Below are positions 9,224-20,894 of a DNA stretch of 64,000 nt, piece after piece. The number at the start of each line of letters is the position of its first letter. The stretch's first letter is position 1. Made by a program: the position numbers and the translations under genes. The notes under the pieces were generated by a model, which made no database searches, was not told where the DNA came from, and worked only from the letters and a program-made list of their open reading frames with translations. Source of the stretch: a virus (taxonomy: Duplodnaviria; Caudoviricetes). Location: positions 32,001 through 96,000 of the IMG/VR virus record IMGVR_UViG_3300017913_001781; one strand, given 5' to 3'.

Positions 9224-11065
9224 ATGGCTGAATTTAAATTTTTAGATACAACAAGAGCTATAGCATCTGATATTGTAGCAGATGCTAGAACTTATATAGG
9301 TCGTATTTATGGTAGGGCGAACACTTTATTTACTACGGCGTCTCCATTTTCACAAATACTAGAGGTTATGTCTGAGATAGGAGAATTTTTAATGTTCTAT
9401 GTTGAAGATGCAACAGTAGAACAAAATATCTATACTGCACAACAGCCCGAATCAATCTATGGATTATCTAGACTCGCTGGTCATGATCCAACTAGAGGCT
9501 TTGCTGCTTTTGGAGAAATAACTTTTAGATGGGCAGCTGGTGTAGATTTAAGCAAGGTAATTGGAGACGCTATTAACATCCCTGCAAATACTAAAATAAA
9601 GTTCGACGCAAATGGATTAAGCTATATGCTTAGAACAAATAAAGATCAATTTAGAATAGAAAAAACCAACAATAGCACATTTACGTGTTCTATTATACAA
9701 GGAGAAATAGAGTCTCAAACCGTGACAGGAACTGGTGAAAAGCTACAGTCTTTTAATATCCAAACTGGAGGATTAACAGACCATAATTTAGTTTCAGTAT
9801 CGGTTAATGGAGAATTATGGACCAAGTTTAATTCTTTATATGAAATGTTGCCGTCTGATAAAGGTTATATCATTAAAACGGGTATCGGTGGAGGATTAGA
9901 CGTTTATTTTGGTAATGGTAACTTTGGTATGATGCCTGTTTCTGGTTCTTCTATTGAAATAGAATATATTAAACATGACGGAGTTAAGGGTAACTTAGAC
10001 GATGCTTCGGATTTAACATTTAAATGGGTCGATGAAGGATCAGATGCTCTTGGAAATTCGTATGACTTAAATAAATTTTTACAAGCTAACGTTACCTCAT
10101 CTCCTAAAATGGGCGGCGACAGAGAATCAACCGAATTTACCAAGTTAATAGCACCAATGGCATCTAAAAGTTTTGTCTTAGCTACTCCGGACCATTACGA
10201 GTATTTCTTAGGTAGATATGGTATTTTCTCTTACATCGATGCGTATAATACGGTTGATGACCAATATATTGATGATGATAACGTTATTTACATATTTGCA
10301 ATTCCAGATGTTAAAAGAAAATTGGCTAAAAACCTAGATTACTTTTCATTACCCATAAACGAAATGTTTTTTGATGCTAATGAATATAGCGCTATGGCTG
10401 GTGTTTTACAAGAATCCGGTCAGCAAATGGTTACCACAGAAGTTAAGTTTGTAGAGCCTAAAGCTAGATATTATTCTATGGATATTTCTGTTAGATATTT
10501 TGAAGGTTTTAGAAAAGAAGATATTTTTAACGACATAAGAGATGTTGTATCTAATTACCTATTAAATGTGACTAGAAGAGATAAATTGCCAAAGTCAGAT
10601 ATCATCTACATATTAGAAGAAGTCGAAGGCGTTGATGCTGTTAATGTCACGTTTGTTTCTGAAACAGAAGAGACTGCCAGAAGGCTAGGTTACTATGAGT
10701 CTATAACTACCAAGGTTGTACCTTCGCAACCCGTTGTCTTAGAGGATATCGGTAATGGTAAGCAAAAATTTGTTTTCTTTAAGAAAGTTCAAGAAGTTGA
10801 ATTGGTTAATATTGGTGCTAACGATCCTATTCCTGCTGATGTTGCAGGCTTAGACGAGTACGGTGATATTATTATGGAAAAAGAAGAGGTTGCTGTATTT
10901 AGAGGAGGTTGGTTAGATAGAGATAGCCAGCTTGTTAAAGATATTCCTTCTATTAATGAAGATGCTGCTTTAACTGTTACATTTGACGAGACGCCTGTAC
11001 CGAGGACGGTTTATACTAGACTTCAAGCAGGAGATAGAAAATCAATAGTTAGAAGATCATCATGA
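9224..11065 (+). CDS. Baseplate wedge protein, gp6/baseplate J-like
   Basis: 'EQNIYTAQQPESIYGLSRLAGH', 'VYFGNGNFGMMP', 'GGDREST', 'LATPDHYE'. Confidence 0.85.
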   Translation: MAEFKFLDTTRAIASDIVADARTYIGRIYGRANTLFTTASPFSQILEVMSEIGEFLMFYVEDATVEQNIYTAQQPESIYGLSRLAGHDPTRGFAAFGEITFRWAAGVDLSKVIGDAINIPANTKIKFDANGLSYMLRTNKDQFRIEKTNNSTFTCSIIQGEIESQTVTGTGEKLQSFNIQTGGLTDHNLVSVSVNGELWTKFNSLYEMLPSDKGYIIKTGIGGGLDVYFGNGNFGMMPVSGSSIEIEYIKHDGVKGNLDDASDLTFKWVDEGSDALGNSYDLNKFLQANVTSSPKMGGDRESTEFTKLIAPMASKSFVLATPDHYEYFLGRYGIFSYIDAYNTVDDQYIDDDNVIYIFAIPDVKRKLAKNLDYFSLPINEMFFDANEYSAMAGVLQESGQQMVTTEVKFVEPKARYYSMDISVRYFEGFRKEDIFNDIRDVVSNYLLNVTRRDKLPKSDIIYILEEVEGVDAVNVTFVSETEETARRLGYYESITTKVVPSQPVVLEDIGNGKQKFVFFKKVQEVELVNIGANDPIPADVAGLDEYGDIIMEKEEVAVFRGGWLDRDSQLVKDIPSINEDAALTVTFDETPVPRTVYTRLQAGDRKSIVRRSS

Positions 11066-11331
11066 ACTTATTTCAAGATTTATTCAAATATAAGCTAGAA
11101 AAACTATATAGTTATAAAAAGACTAGAAAGGACAATCGTCTTAATTTAGGATATGACTACAAAGATAGACTATTAAACGATAATCTTTCTCAACATTTAC
11201 AAAGAAATGATATAATTAGAACATTTCTTTTGTTTATGAATGACTATTTCTATAAAGTAATAGGTTCTATAAAGAATTTACAAGGGTATAAAAATTATAC
11301 TATTAAAAAAGACGATACTAGAATACGATAA
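11062..11331 (+). CDS. Hypothetical baseplate-associated protein
   Basis: 89 aa, overlap-coupled on both sides. Confidence 0.65.
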   Translation: MNLFQDLFKYKLEKLYSYKKTRKDNRLNLGYDYKDRLLNDNLSQHLQRNDIIRTFLLFMNDYFYKVIGSIKNLQGYKNYTIKKDDTRIR

Positions 11332-14300
11332 TGTTTCAAAAGCTACGTTTTTTTAGAGGCACTGAGCATGATCTTAATTTAGTGCAAGATACCAATGGAG
11401 TTTACAAAGGTACTATTCATATGGATCCCGTTTCTACGGGTCTTTATGAGACTGTAAACCTGCTTGTGATGGAAGAAGTTGAGAAGGATAATCAAATTTG
11501 GTTAAATCATCCAACTTCAAACTTTCCTTTTGGGAGTACACTAAACTTTAGATGGCTTAATGACTTTGATACGTCAGATGATATTATCATGTACGGCGCT
11601 AAGCTAGATAAAGGTATTGTAAAAATAGATGTCAAAAAAGAACAAGGTTTTGATTTAATTGACATTATCGATAATGACTCATTAGAAACGTATTTCGACG
11701 TAAGCGTTGCTGCAGACGATGGCCTTAATTTTTGCTTAAATTATCCTAATGATGGTTTTCCAAACGACTGTGTATTTGCGCCCGAATTAACGCTAAAAAG
11801 GGGCTTTACATATGTTTTTGATCAAAGTGACGTATCTAATCAGCCATATATAATGGCTTTTTCAGAAACCCCAGATGGAGAAAATCCAGATGGATCTATT
11901 GCAAAAGCATACACGAATGGAGTAGAATATTCAGGAAATCCCGGTACAAATGGATTGTTAACCTTTAACGTACCGCTTGATGCACCTGACGCTCTTTACT
12001 ATTTTTCTCCAGGCGGAGTTATATTTAATGAGGCTTTAGGCAATATAATTAATATTGTTGATGCAGACATCGACATAGACGACGATGGCTTTAAAGAGGT
12101 CGAAGATTTGAATAATTCAGCGATCACTGTCAATATAGCCCTAATGTCTTTTGACGAAGGAAGACACCATCGTACACTTCAAATATACGAAAAAGATTCT
12201 ACATCTGAAACAATTGTTGCTGAAATTAAATTTTATGGAGAAGTAGAGGGTGAAGACGAAAGACTAAAAGTTATGTTGAATAACTTGGGTGCTAGATTAG
12301 AAGAAACAGACTTCTTATTGTTTAAGGACCATGACATTACTGAAATGGCACCTGACTTTATTCTCTTAAATCAAAAGAGAAAGGAGTTACTCCTAGAGTT
12401 ACATGATATTAAGCCATTTGTGGGAACTTATAAGGCAATACTAAATGCTATTGATTTCTTTGGCTATAACAATATTACGCTTAAAGAATATTGGATGAAT
12501 ATTGATGACTCAAGTGATCGATTTGGTAAACTAAAAGCTATTCCGGTTCCTAACTCTTCTACATATGGAGAGCTACAAAGAAAGATGATGTCAATTAAGG
12601 TACCTTCAAGTACTCTTAAGAAGACGAGTCGATTTAGCTTAGTGTACAAAATAAATGTACCTAACGGAGAGTTTGACTACTGGGATATTCCAGAAGTTGA
12701 TGAGGTGTTCGATTTTACGCCCGAAGAAGTTCTTATAAAGTTATACGGCCTGAAGGACAAGCTACAAAGAGAGTACTTGCCACTGAACGCTAAGATAGTT
12801 GATATTACCGGAGAAGGTGACTTTTTTGCTCAAAAAAGCATGAACTTTTGGAACAACCAAAACGGTATTGCCCTATTTACAGAAGGACATGACATTAAAT
12901 TTGATGTTCATCCAAAAGATAGAAACTTATATGTCGAAGATTTTGCCCTTGTCTTAAAGAACATATATGACGACGATGACACTACACTAGCTGATGACTA
13001 TAACGATCTATTAAATCTAGATTTTGATCAATATGGTGATCTAAGTGGAGATGTAAGAGATGCTAATGGAGAAGTTGTTACTCAAGGACAAAGATCGATA
13101 TTAAAGGATCAATACTTTGAATTTTATGAAAATTATTTTCAAGGTCCTTTAGATACATTTAACCAAGATATTCCAGTTGGATGTCCAATAACACTAGATG
13201 GCACTGAGACATTTACATATACGTGGGATGATGCTGAGTTTAATTGGAACGATGCAATGGATTCTAACCAAAACTTAGGTGTAACTTGGAAAGATTGGTG
13301 GAAGCGTTGGGTTTATGAAATAGAATGGGTAATTACTGGACCTAAAGATTATAACAATGCATTTAGAGGACCTATTGATGACTTTTTAGTTTTTCCATTA
13401 GCATTACCATATGAGGGTAAATATAGCGTTGAGATGAGAACGTATGACTTATTTGGTCATAGATCATATGAACACAGAGAAGATACTATCGATGTTAAAC
13501 TTAAAGATGTTGAAATCTACGGGCTATATAAGTGGATGGAGACAATGCAATGGAGAGATACTGATATCGATTGGAATTCTACCGGAGGCGTTTGGGCTAT
13601 GCCTCTAAATAACTCGACATATACTGAAGATATTTTATCTACCTTCTATTTGTCAATGGATCGAGCTAATTATTTACATGACGAGTCTCATAGTATTAAT
13701 ACGTCCATGGTTAAGAGATACTTGGACATTTATTCTGAAACCGGTTTTTCGGAAACGGCCGGCCCATATCAATGGGATAACTGTGAGTTTAGGTGGAATG
13801 ACGGTCAGCATAACTGGTGGGACGCTACAGTGGTCGGAATGGATCTAACATCCTCATTTAAGATACTTGGTCTATCAGCTAATGAAGTATTAATTATTGA
13901 ACATACTGATCCAAGCACGGGCGAGTCAAAGATTGGAACATTTACACCTACTGTTTCTCCAGCTAGTCCTAATTCTCTTGCAGATTGGCAACAATTGGCT
14001 GATGAATTAAATGCTTCAGAGGACGAGGTTATAAGTAAGTTTAATTATAACATTATATATGTGGACTATGATGGTGACGGCACTACTGATTCTACAGGAG
14101 AGTGGATACCAGTAGACGGAGATGAAGATGGTCAAACGGCAGATGGCGGAGGCCCAGCCGCAGATGACGTTGATGATATACCTCTTCAAAATATATTAGC
14201 TGCTAATATACTTGCAGTCGGTAAAAACTATTCAAGATACAATGATTTCGATAAAGTACTTGTTGTCGACGTCAATGGTCAAATATTAGACGGAAAAATA

Positions 14301-14609
14301 AGTGGTGAGTTGCACTGTGTTCATAATAATCCTACATTTGATAACGTAAGAGTTTTTAGAGATTTTGCAGAAGTAGAAAGGTCAACTCATTTGACTATTT
14401 CAGCAGATGTTACTAAGATGGCTGGAATCAAGAATCAAAAATGGACAATTTCTAATTCTATAAGCTCTGAAGCGAATGATATATACTATGATGATATGTG
14501 GTTAACATACATCTTTCAACATCCGGGATATTACACAATACGCTTAGATGTGGAAGATACAAATGGTAACGTAAACTCTATCGAAAGAAATATGCTAAAA
14601 GTAAAATAA
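11331..14609 (+). CDS. Large baseplate wedge protein (gp7-like) with PKD/Ig-like domains and Trp repeats
   Basis: 'KPFVGTYKAILNAIDFFGY' gp7/tail-I-like segment; PKD-like 'GKYSVEMRTYD' and 'PGYYTIRLDVEDTNG'. Confidence 0.6.
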   Translation: MFQKLRFFRGTEHDLNLVQDTNGVYKGTIHMDPVSTGLYETVNLLVMEEVEKDNQIWLNHPTSNFPFGSTLNFRWLNDFDTSDDIIMYGAKLDKGIVKIDVKKEQGFDLIDIIDNDSLETYFDVSVAADDGLNFCLNYPNDGFPNDCVFAPELTLKRGFTYVFDQSDVSNQPYIMAFSETPDGENPDGSIAKAYTNGVEYSGNPGTNGLLTFNVPLDAPDALYYFSPGGVIFNEALGNIINIVDADIDIDDDGFKEVEDLNNSAITVNIALMSFDEGRHHRTLQIYEKDSTSETIVAEIKFYGEVEGEDERLKVMLNNLGARLEETDFLLFKDHDITEMAPDFILLNQKRKELLLELHDIKPFVGTYKAILNAIDFFGYNNITLKEYWMNIDDSSDRFGKLKAIPVPNSSTYGELQRKMMSIKVPSSTLKKTSRFSLVYKINVPNGEFDYWDIPEVDEVFDFTPEEVLIKLYGLKDKLQREYLPLNAKIVDITGEGDFFAQKSMNFWNNQNGIALFTEGHDIKFDVHPKDRNLYVEDFALVLKNIYDDDDTTLADDYNDLLNLDFDQYGDLSGDVRDANGEVVTQGQRSILKDQYFEFYENYFQGPLDTFNQDIPVGCPITLDGTETFTYTWDDAEFNWNDAMDSNQNLGVTWKDWWKRWVYEIEWVITGPKDYNNAFRGPIDDFLVFPLALPYEGKYSVEMRTYDLFGHRSYEHREDTIDVKLKDVEIYGLYKWMETMQWRDTDIDWNSTGGVWAMPLNNSTYTEDILSTFYLSMDRANYLHDESHSINTSMVKRYLDIYSETGFSETAGPYQWDNCEFRWNDGQHNWWDATVVGMDLTSSFKILGLSANEVLIIEHTDPSTGESKIGTFTPTVSPASPNSLADWQQLADELNASEDEVISKFNYNIIYVDYDGDGTTDSTGEWIPVDGDEDGQTADGGGPAADDVDDIPLQNILAANILAVGKNYSRYNDFDKVLVVDVNGQILDGKISGELHCVHNNPTFDNVRVFRDFAEVERSTHLTISADVTKMAGIKNQKWTISNSISSEANDIYYDDMWLTYIFQHPGYYTIRLDVEDTNGNVNSIERNMLKVK

Positions 14610-14617
14610 CGTAAAAA

Positions 14618-15187
14618 ATGGCTAACATTACTGAAATTTTAGGAACTGATTCCTTATCTTCGTCTAGAATTACTATCAATGGTAATTTCTCCTCGTTGAA
14701 CAATGAGTTAGCGGATATTTCCACATTATTAGATACTACAACTTCTACTATTGCGGGTATGTCTGCTATTCAAACCGAAACGATTACTGTTCAAGATGGC
14801 GGTACTCTCGTTGCAAGTGCTAATGCAAATGTATTTCAAATTGGAGTAAGTTCAGAATTTGATAAAGAAGTTTCTTTAGGGGGTAGATTACTTAAGAATG
14901 GCGTTTTAGGTACAGCTGCGTCTCCTATTAATACTGGTGCAAATGCGCTAGACCCTGCAACTGGTGAATATACAACATATCTTATAAATAATAACGCTAA
15001 TCTACCAGCTGGCTTAGAGGGTCAAGAGATTACTATTGTAAATGAAGCCGGAGGATCAGTATCTATAACTGGATCGCTAGGAGCATCTTCGCTCACACTT
15101 GATAATACCAACTCCAATGTAACTTTAAGATATGTTGGTAGTAAATGGTATGTAACTTCTCACGTAGGGGCAACAATTGTACTTTAA
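14618..15187 (+). CDS. Putative virion structural/fibre protein
   Basis: 'DSLSSSRITINGNF' fibre-type N-terminus; 'LPAGLEGQEITIVN...VTLRYVGSKWYV' C-terminal module. Confidence 0.6.
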   Translation: MANITEILGTDSLSSSRITINGNFSSLNNELADISTLLDTTTSTIAGMSAIQTETITVQDGGTLVASANANVFQIGVSSEFDKEVSLGGRLLKNGVLGTAASPINTGANALDPATGEYTTYLINNNANLPAGLEGQEITIVNEAGGSVSITGSLGASSLTLDNTNSNVTLRYVGSKWYVTSHVGATIVL

Positions 15188-15202
15188 TCAAAACTAACTT
15201 AA

Positions 15203-17185
15203 ATGGCTACATCTCTAATTAGGATACCTCAGCCACAGGGTGGCACTATGTATGCTTTTGCTTCAGCGGCAAAAGATATAACTCGTGCGTTTAATAACCC
15301 GGATATTAAGTTTGAGTTTAGTAAGTTTGCACTTTTAGATTTACCAGATTTTACAACGCCTGTTAATGGTTTAAATACTATTAACTTAACAAATCAAATC
15401 GAAGCTTCAGGTAATCAATACTTAGCTGACAGTGAAGCTAATGTTGAGTTTGCTCAATCGTTTCAAAGCTATGTTCTTAATTTAGAAGAACTTTTATTAC
15501 AAGACGACGACCACGACCCTGTTCTTTTACAGTCAGATGCTGAAAAAATTCTTTTTAAGTGGTTATCTAGCTTGGGGGCTATTAGATTCAAGACAAGTGA
15601 CTCTTCTGAATCTACATCTGGAACTCATTATACTGAAGCGTTAGACGCAGCCGGAACTGGCTTAGACTATGAAAGAGTAGTTAAATATCTAGGCTCTATA
15701 GACGCAGAAAACGATATATCATATAAAGGTAACACATATCACGAAGTGTATATTAATGTGCCTTCAGCGGTTGGTAATACACCTACTGTTCTTTTTAGCC
15801 CTACTAATTACAATACAACCGCTACTAAAGTTTATTCCGATAACGATCTTTCTGGCAGAGGAGGTCAAACTCATCCAGATCCTAACTTAACTTTAGATGC
15901 TATAGTTGACGTTGGAGCAAACGCAGGAGGACCTTACTACGATATAAATTCAAATGCAACCGATAGTGTTCAAATTGATTTTGAGCCATTATCATATCAT
16001 GGTATTGCTAACGATACTAAAGTAAGTACCTTAAATGACTTTTCAAAGAAGGGACAAGACTTTAGATTTAATGCAGTTTTAGTATATTATGACTTATTTA
16101 GTGTTTCTACTCCTGTAAATAGAGCAACAAATCTATATGGCTTGTTAATTCTAGATAATATAGGTGGAAACTTTGGAGTAGGCTCAAAAATTCATGAGCA
16201 ACTTAAGTTTAAGCCAAATGAAGTTACAGGTCTTAATGGCAATGCATTCTCATTAAAGCTTAACTTAAAGTTCAATACTTCATTAGATAACGTAGGCGTT
16301 GAAACTAATATCAATGATTTTACTACGTTCTCGATGGACTTGTTCTTGGATACAACTACTGCCCTTGAGCATGCTACTGATTTGTTATTGAGAGCAAATG
16401 ATCTTTATGGCGGTTTAGCAAATAGATTAGAAGATTTAGAGAGAATTGTTTTAGCAGGCGAAGAAAGAGATGAAATGGTTCAAAGATTAGAGGATCTCGA
16501 GACTAGTTTCAATAATGCTTCTATAGCTTTACAAGATTCTGACTCATTACTTCAGTTAATTACTAAAGCACATAGTAAACTTAACTCTTTAATAGATGGA
16601 ACGATTCCAGTTGAATTACAATACAATACTGATGTCATATTTAACGGCTTAGGTACTGAAGTTGATAAAAGCGTTCCAAATAAAATTAAAGTCAATAACA
16701 CGGTTCAGGGGTATTCTAATAACAATGTTTTTAAATGGGATATTAATGCCGGTGAGAGAGTTGGAGGAGCTTTAGGTGGAACTAACACATTTAATCCCAG
16801 TGGGGCAGATGGGGGTTCAGCTTCATTTGGATTATGGTCTCAGCTAAAGCCATTTACAAATAGAATTAGTTTAATAAACAAAACTTCTGGAAATCCAAGT
16901 GGCATAGCAGGCGGAGAAGAAAAACCTACGCTATCAGGGGACTTAAATATATACATAGATGACGGACGAGTAGCCTGGAAAGAGGGTCAAACTGTTAAAA
17001 TTTCGTTTGAAACCATAGACGTTTCAGAGAGCGATATTTATATCAGGACCGGTTCAGCTAGTGGATTTGATAAAATAGTTGGGAGTGTTATTAGACCTTC
17101 TGACCTGCTATCAAATAAGCCTTATTTTGAGGTAGTCTGTATCGACCCAGTAAATTATATCTTTGAAGTAGACATTTTAAGATGA
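15203..17185 (+). CDS. Putative virion structural protein
   Basis: 660 aa with a coiled-coil segment; structural operon. Confidence 0.6.
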   Translation: MATSLIRIPQPQGGTMYAFASAAKDITRAFNNPDIKFEFSKFALLDLPDFTTPVNGLNTINLTNQIEASGNQYLADSEANVEFAQSFQSYVLNLEELLLQDDDHDPVLLQSDAEKILFKWLSSLGAIRFKTSDSSESTSGTHYTEALDAAGTGLDYERVVKYLGSIDAENDISYKGNTYHEVYINVPSAVGNTPTVLFSPTNYNTTATKVYSDNDLSGRGGQTHPDPNLTLDAIVDVGANAGGPYYDINSNATDSVQIDFEPLSYHGIANDTKVSTLNDFSKKGQDFRFNAVLVYYDLFSVSTPVNRATNLYGLLILDNIGGNFGVGSKIHEQLKFKPNEVTGLNGNAFSLKLNLKFNTSLDNVGVETNINDFTTFSMDLFLDTTTALEHATDLLLRANDLYGGLANRLEDLERIVLAGEERDEMVQRLEDLETSFNNASIALQDSDSLLQLITKAHSKLNSLIDGTIPVELQYNTDVIFNGLGTEVDKSVPNKIKVNNTVQGYSNNNVFKWDINAGERVGGALGGTNTFNPSGADGGSASFGLWSQLKPFTNRISLINKTSGNPSGIAGGEEKPTLSGDLNIYIDDGRVAWKEGQTVKISFETIDVSESDIYIRTGSASGFDKIVGSVIRPSDLLSNKPYFEVVCIDPVNYIFEVDILR

Positions 17186-20100
17186 ACACAAATAACTCAC
17201 TTTCTACGATAATCAAGCAGTTTTTAGAGATTAACACAAATACTCTAAACGCTTTCGAACGTATTAACGAGGCTGTTATCTCTGATAGAGAAACAGTGCC
17301 TCTTGATATCTTAACTGAAGACGGAGGCACTAAGACGGTTTACGTTCCCGCATTTGGTTATATGAATCGCGAGTTAAAGAGGTTAGAGCAAAATATGAAG
17401 GCCCTTACCGGTCTATCAGATGGCACGGCTAAAGTTAGGCTGGCAGATGGATCTTATCAAAAGATACTTAAGTCTAGTTTAAAAACTCCAGCCGCAGATA
17501 TAGGCACTCTTAATAGACCTAACACGTTTGAAGTTAAGTCTAATTATTTCTTTGAGGATTTTTTAACTCCTTTATTAAAGGTTTCTTTTGATGTTAGTGG
17601 ACAAGTTCCAACAGATACTGAAAGAGTTTTAGTTAAGCGAGTTATTATCGACGGTTCATTTGATTTTGCAGCACAGTTTTTTGATGACAATTACTTAGGC
17701 GAAGATGACGTAGATCATAATCAACTAATGTCGGCTATAGCAGCTAACAACATTCCATTCTTTATGGATGAAGAGGTTAGAGATATGCCGTATAGAAATA
17801 CATTATATTATGGCAAGTTTGATGTAACATCTATAGATACTGTTCAAAAGACTATTATAGTTGAAGGAGAAGAAAAGAGAAAAACCATCAAGCTTTATAC
17901 ACTTGATAAGTTAACATACACTGACGCTGATAAAGATCTAAAAGACACAGAGTTTATGAAGGTCGGTGATGAGCTAATTGTCAACACTCAAAGAAGAAGC
18001 ACTAAATATAAGGTTAAGACCATCTACACCGAAACACGTCAAGTTGAGCTTGATATTGTAGAAGGGTTTGAGGCTATTAAAATAGGTGCAGACGTTTTAT
18101 CAATCTATAAAGCCAACGATACTCAAGTTAGTATTGATATAAATGTTGGATTCGACGATAGGTTCGTAGTTTTCTTTAAAGTTATAGATGCTAACTCTAA
18201 GATTGTAGCTGAAAATTGGTCACCAGGTGCAGCTCTTTACTCTAATAGTCTAACAATGACTAAAGAAGATGGAGAGGTTATTACACTAGCTGATTACTAT
18301 AAAGATAGTGTAGCTGATTTTGGTCAGTTTATTAAGGCGTTAAAAGACGATCCAATCCCTCCTTCAACATTAGGTGTTGCACCTGACGCACCAGAAGTTC
18401 TAGAAGAGAACTTTAAAGTTGTACAGATCAACAAGCATCTAACGGAGAACGACGCGGCCCTGAAGGTTAAGAAGCTTAATGCTGATAAAGTAAGTGCAGA
18501 TTCAACTATTAAAAAATTAGACGATACTATTGCTAAGAAAAGATCATTGATTTCTAGGAAAAAGTATAAGTCAACCATTGAAAGAGATAAAGATAAAAAT
18601 GAGTTGGTTTCATTGGTTAATGAAAGGGCATCGGAATCTAAGCTTTATGGATCTATCGTTTCTCAAATTCAATCAGCGGCTTCAGATGCACAATTAACTG
18701 CTATTGCGCCTAAATATAGAATTAGAGGATTTTGGGCTATTCCAGAACCTAAATTAGTTGCAGAAACTATACCACAAGAGGTTATCAAGTTTAAAATTCA
18801 ATATAGATACTTATCTACTTCTGGTAAAACTTCTGAGATTGCTCAAATTTCATTTGACGACAAGGGCAATAAGAGAACAGGAGTCTTTAGCAACTGGAAT
18901 GAAATAGAAACTCCAGTTAGAGCTCGTTTAAGAAACGAAGAAGGCAAGTTTTATTGGTCAAATAGTGCAGTAGAAGACGGGCAAGAGGTTAACTTTAATC
19001 AGCTTGATATTCCTATTAGTTCTGGAGAAGTTGTTGAGTTTAAAGTTAAGTCTATATCAGAGGCTGGATGGCCAAGCAACCCATTAGAGTCAGAGTGGTC
19101 TGACATTATTAGAGTAGTTTTCCCAGAAGGAGAATTGGATAATGTTAGTGTTGTTAATTTGGTTGAAGAAAATGCAAATGAGGTCGCAAGAGTTAAACTA
19201 CTTGAAGAATTAGAAGCAGCTGGCGTTTATGGCCACGTAGGAGATTCTTTTTCAGCTAACGAAAAGTATTTTGCCCATACAACTAATACTATAGCATCTG
19301 GTTTCTTATCACCTGAACAAAATCCGGTTTCTCTATTCGATAAGCTAACAGAAATGCAAAATAAAATTTCTGTACTTGAAGAAACTATAAGTAATATTAG
19401 AGGCGAATTGGCAGTGACTTTAGTTGCTGAAGACGGCACGACTACTGAGATAAACAGAAATACAAATAATAAGGTTTTTGCTGGATATTATGTAGATGAA
19501 GTTGCAGACTTAGCAATTAAAAAAGGACATATAGTTACTAAGACATTTAAGCTTCTTCTTAAGAATACAAGAGCTACTACATTAGAATTAGTTGCTAGAA
19601 TAACCGGCGATAGAGATTTACCTGCGTTTAAGTCAACTGATTCAGCGATAGACGGAGGATTTGGTTTTGATGCTTCAGGAACTATTGACAATAGGGTAAT
19701 AGACGATGTTTATTATAGAACCGAGGGTAAGTATGATATGAGTCCTATCCAATATCAATCTTTGGGAGGAGAAACCGAAACTGAGTTTTCTAGACAAGCG
19801 CCATATCAATCTATTCAAAGAAGAGGTCAATTTGTCTACAACAGATTTATGGACGTAGCTAATGAAAAATCGTTATATATGAATCAGTCTGTTATTGCAT
19901 CGGAAAGTTCAGGTAATTTTTCAGATTATGAATATCCATTAGGTTATGCTGACTATACATCGGGGACTAGTTCTATTTTGCCGCTTGACGGCGATGCTTC
20001 TAGTAATGCATATATTTGGGCAGGAACTTTTGGTAGAAATAGACTTGTAAGTGCTATAGACGATGGCGAGACACCTACTAATCCAGATGCCGTAGCTTTA

Positions 20101-20841
20101 TTTGAAGCTGATAATATTAGCGGCGATGAAAGTAAACTTATATCACATGTAGATACTTCTGAAGTTCCTTCAGATCCACTTATTTATGATAATTCTATTT
20201 TCTTACATAAGTCTCATCCCGATCTAGCCAATATTTTCTTAGGTTATGTTAATTCTATAAATCCAGATTTTAGTGCCGGTGCTGCAGAAATAGCCGATGT
20301 TCAAGAAGACGCTGCGGTTTCTAATTTAGTACAAGGTATGATTTATAGTATGCCTAAGACCGCAACTTTAAAATCAACAGACACTAATGGTTTAAAGCAG
20401 CTGGCATATAGGTATGATGAAGATATAGATAGAACGATTAAAATGTCTTTTGATGCAGCTGATCAATATCTTTTAGGTGGCAAATCATGCGGATCTTTCT
20501 TATTCTTATCGCCTATAAATACTACTTCTTTATTAGTTGACGGTGACAATAAGTTCGGTAAAGCTAGAATAGAAAATGGAGATAACAATGCGTTATCATT
20601 AGACGTTGTCTTCCAATATAGAATGACTGATTATGCCGGTAATAATCCAGAAAGTGACACAGGTAGAATAGCTGGTATAATATCAAGGTCTGTAACTAAT
20701 GTGACGTACTCTAAGAAAATAGGTTTTGACATTTTTGATTCTGATGGAGAGCAATTCTCATTTGATTTAGAGGTTTTCTCTAAATATAAAGCGCAAGGCT
20801 CTAACCAAAACTCTATAAAGGCTGCGACTCTATCAGCATAA
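17182..20841 (+). CDS. Large putative virion structural protein (Fn3-like and coiled-coil segments)
   Basis: 1219 aa; 'VEFKVKSISEAGW...SEWSD' Fn3-like end. Confidence 0.6.
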   Translation: MNTNNSLSTIIKQFLEINTNTLNAFERINEAVISDRETVPLDILTEDGGTKTVYVPAFGYMNRELKRLEQNMKALTGLSDGTAKVRLADGSYQKILKSSLKTPAADIGTLNRPNTFEVKSNYFFEDFLTPLLKVSFDVSGQVPTDTERVLVKRVIIDGSFDFAAQFFDDNYLGEDDVDHNQLMSAIAANNIPFFMDEEVRDMPYRNTLYYGKFDVTSIDTVQKTIIVEGEEKRKTIKLYTLDKLTYTDADKDLKDTEFMKVGDELIVNTQRRSTKYKVKTIYTETRQVELDIVEGFEAIKIGADVLSIYKANDTQVSIDINVGFDDRFVVFFKVIDANSKIVAENWSPGAALYSNSLTMTKEDGEVITLADYYKDSVADFGQFIKALKDDPIPPSTLGVAPDAPEVLEENFKVVQINKHLTENDAALKVKKLNADKVSADSTIKKLDDTIAKKRSLISRKKYKSTIERDKDKNELVSLVNERASESKLYGSIVSQIQSAASDAQLTAIAPKYRIRGFWAIPEPKLVAETIPQEVIKFKIQYRYLSTSGKTSEIAQISFDDKGNKRTGVFSNWNEIETPVRARLRNEEGKFYWSNSAVEDGQEVNFNQLDIPISSGEVVEFKVKSISEAGWPSNPLESEWSDIIRVVFPEGELDNVSVVNLVEENANEVARVKLLEELEAAGVYGHVGDSFSANEKYFAHTTNTIASGFLSPEQNPVSLFDKLTEMQNKISVLEETISNIRGELAVTLVAEDGTTTEINRNTNNKVFAGYYVDEVADLAIKKGHIVTKTFKLLLKNTRATTLELVARITGDRDLPAFKSTDSAIDGGFGFDASGTIDNRVIDDVYYRTEGKYDMSPIQYQSLGGETETEFSRQAPYQSIQRRGQFVYNRFMDVANEKSLYMNQSVIASESSGNFSDYEYPLGYADYTSGTSSILPLDGDASSNAYIWAGTFGRNRLVSAIDDGETPTNPDAVALFEADNISGDESKLISHVDTSEVPSDPLIYDNSIFLHKSHPDLANIFLGYVNSINPDFSAGAAEIADVQEDAAVSNLVQGMIYSMPKTATLKSTDTNGLKQLAYRYDEDIDRTIKMSFDAADQYLLGGKSCGSFLFLSPINTTSLLVDGDNKFGKARIENGDNNALSLDVVFQYRMTDYAGNNPESDTGRIAGIISRSVTNVTYSKKIGFDIFDSDGEQFSFDLEVFSKYKAQGSNQNSIKAATLSA

Positions 20842-20894
20842 GGGGAGTAGATATATACTAGGAGATTAGTATATTAAAATATCCTATTTATAAA

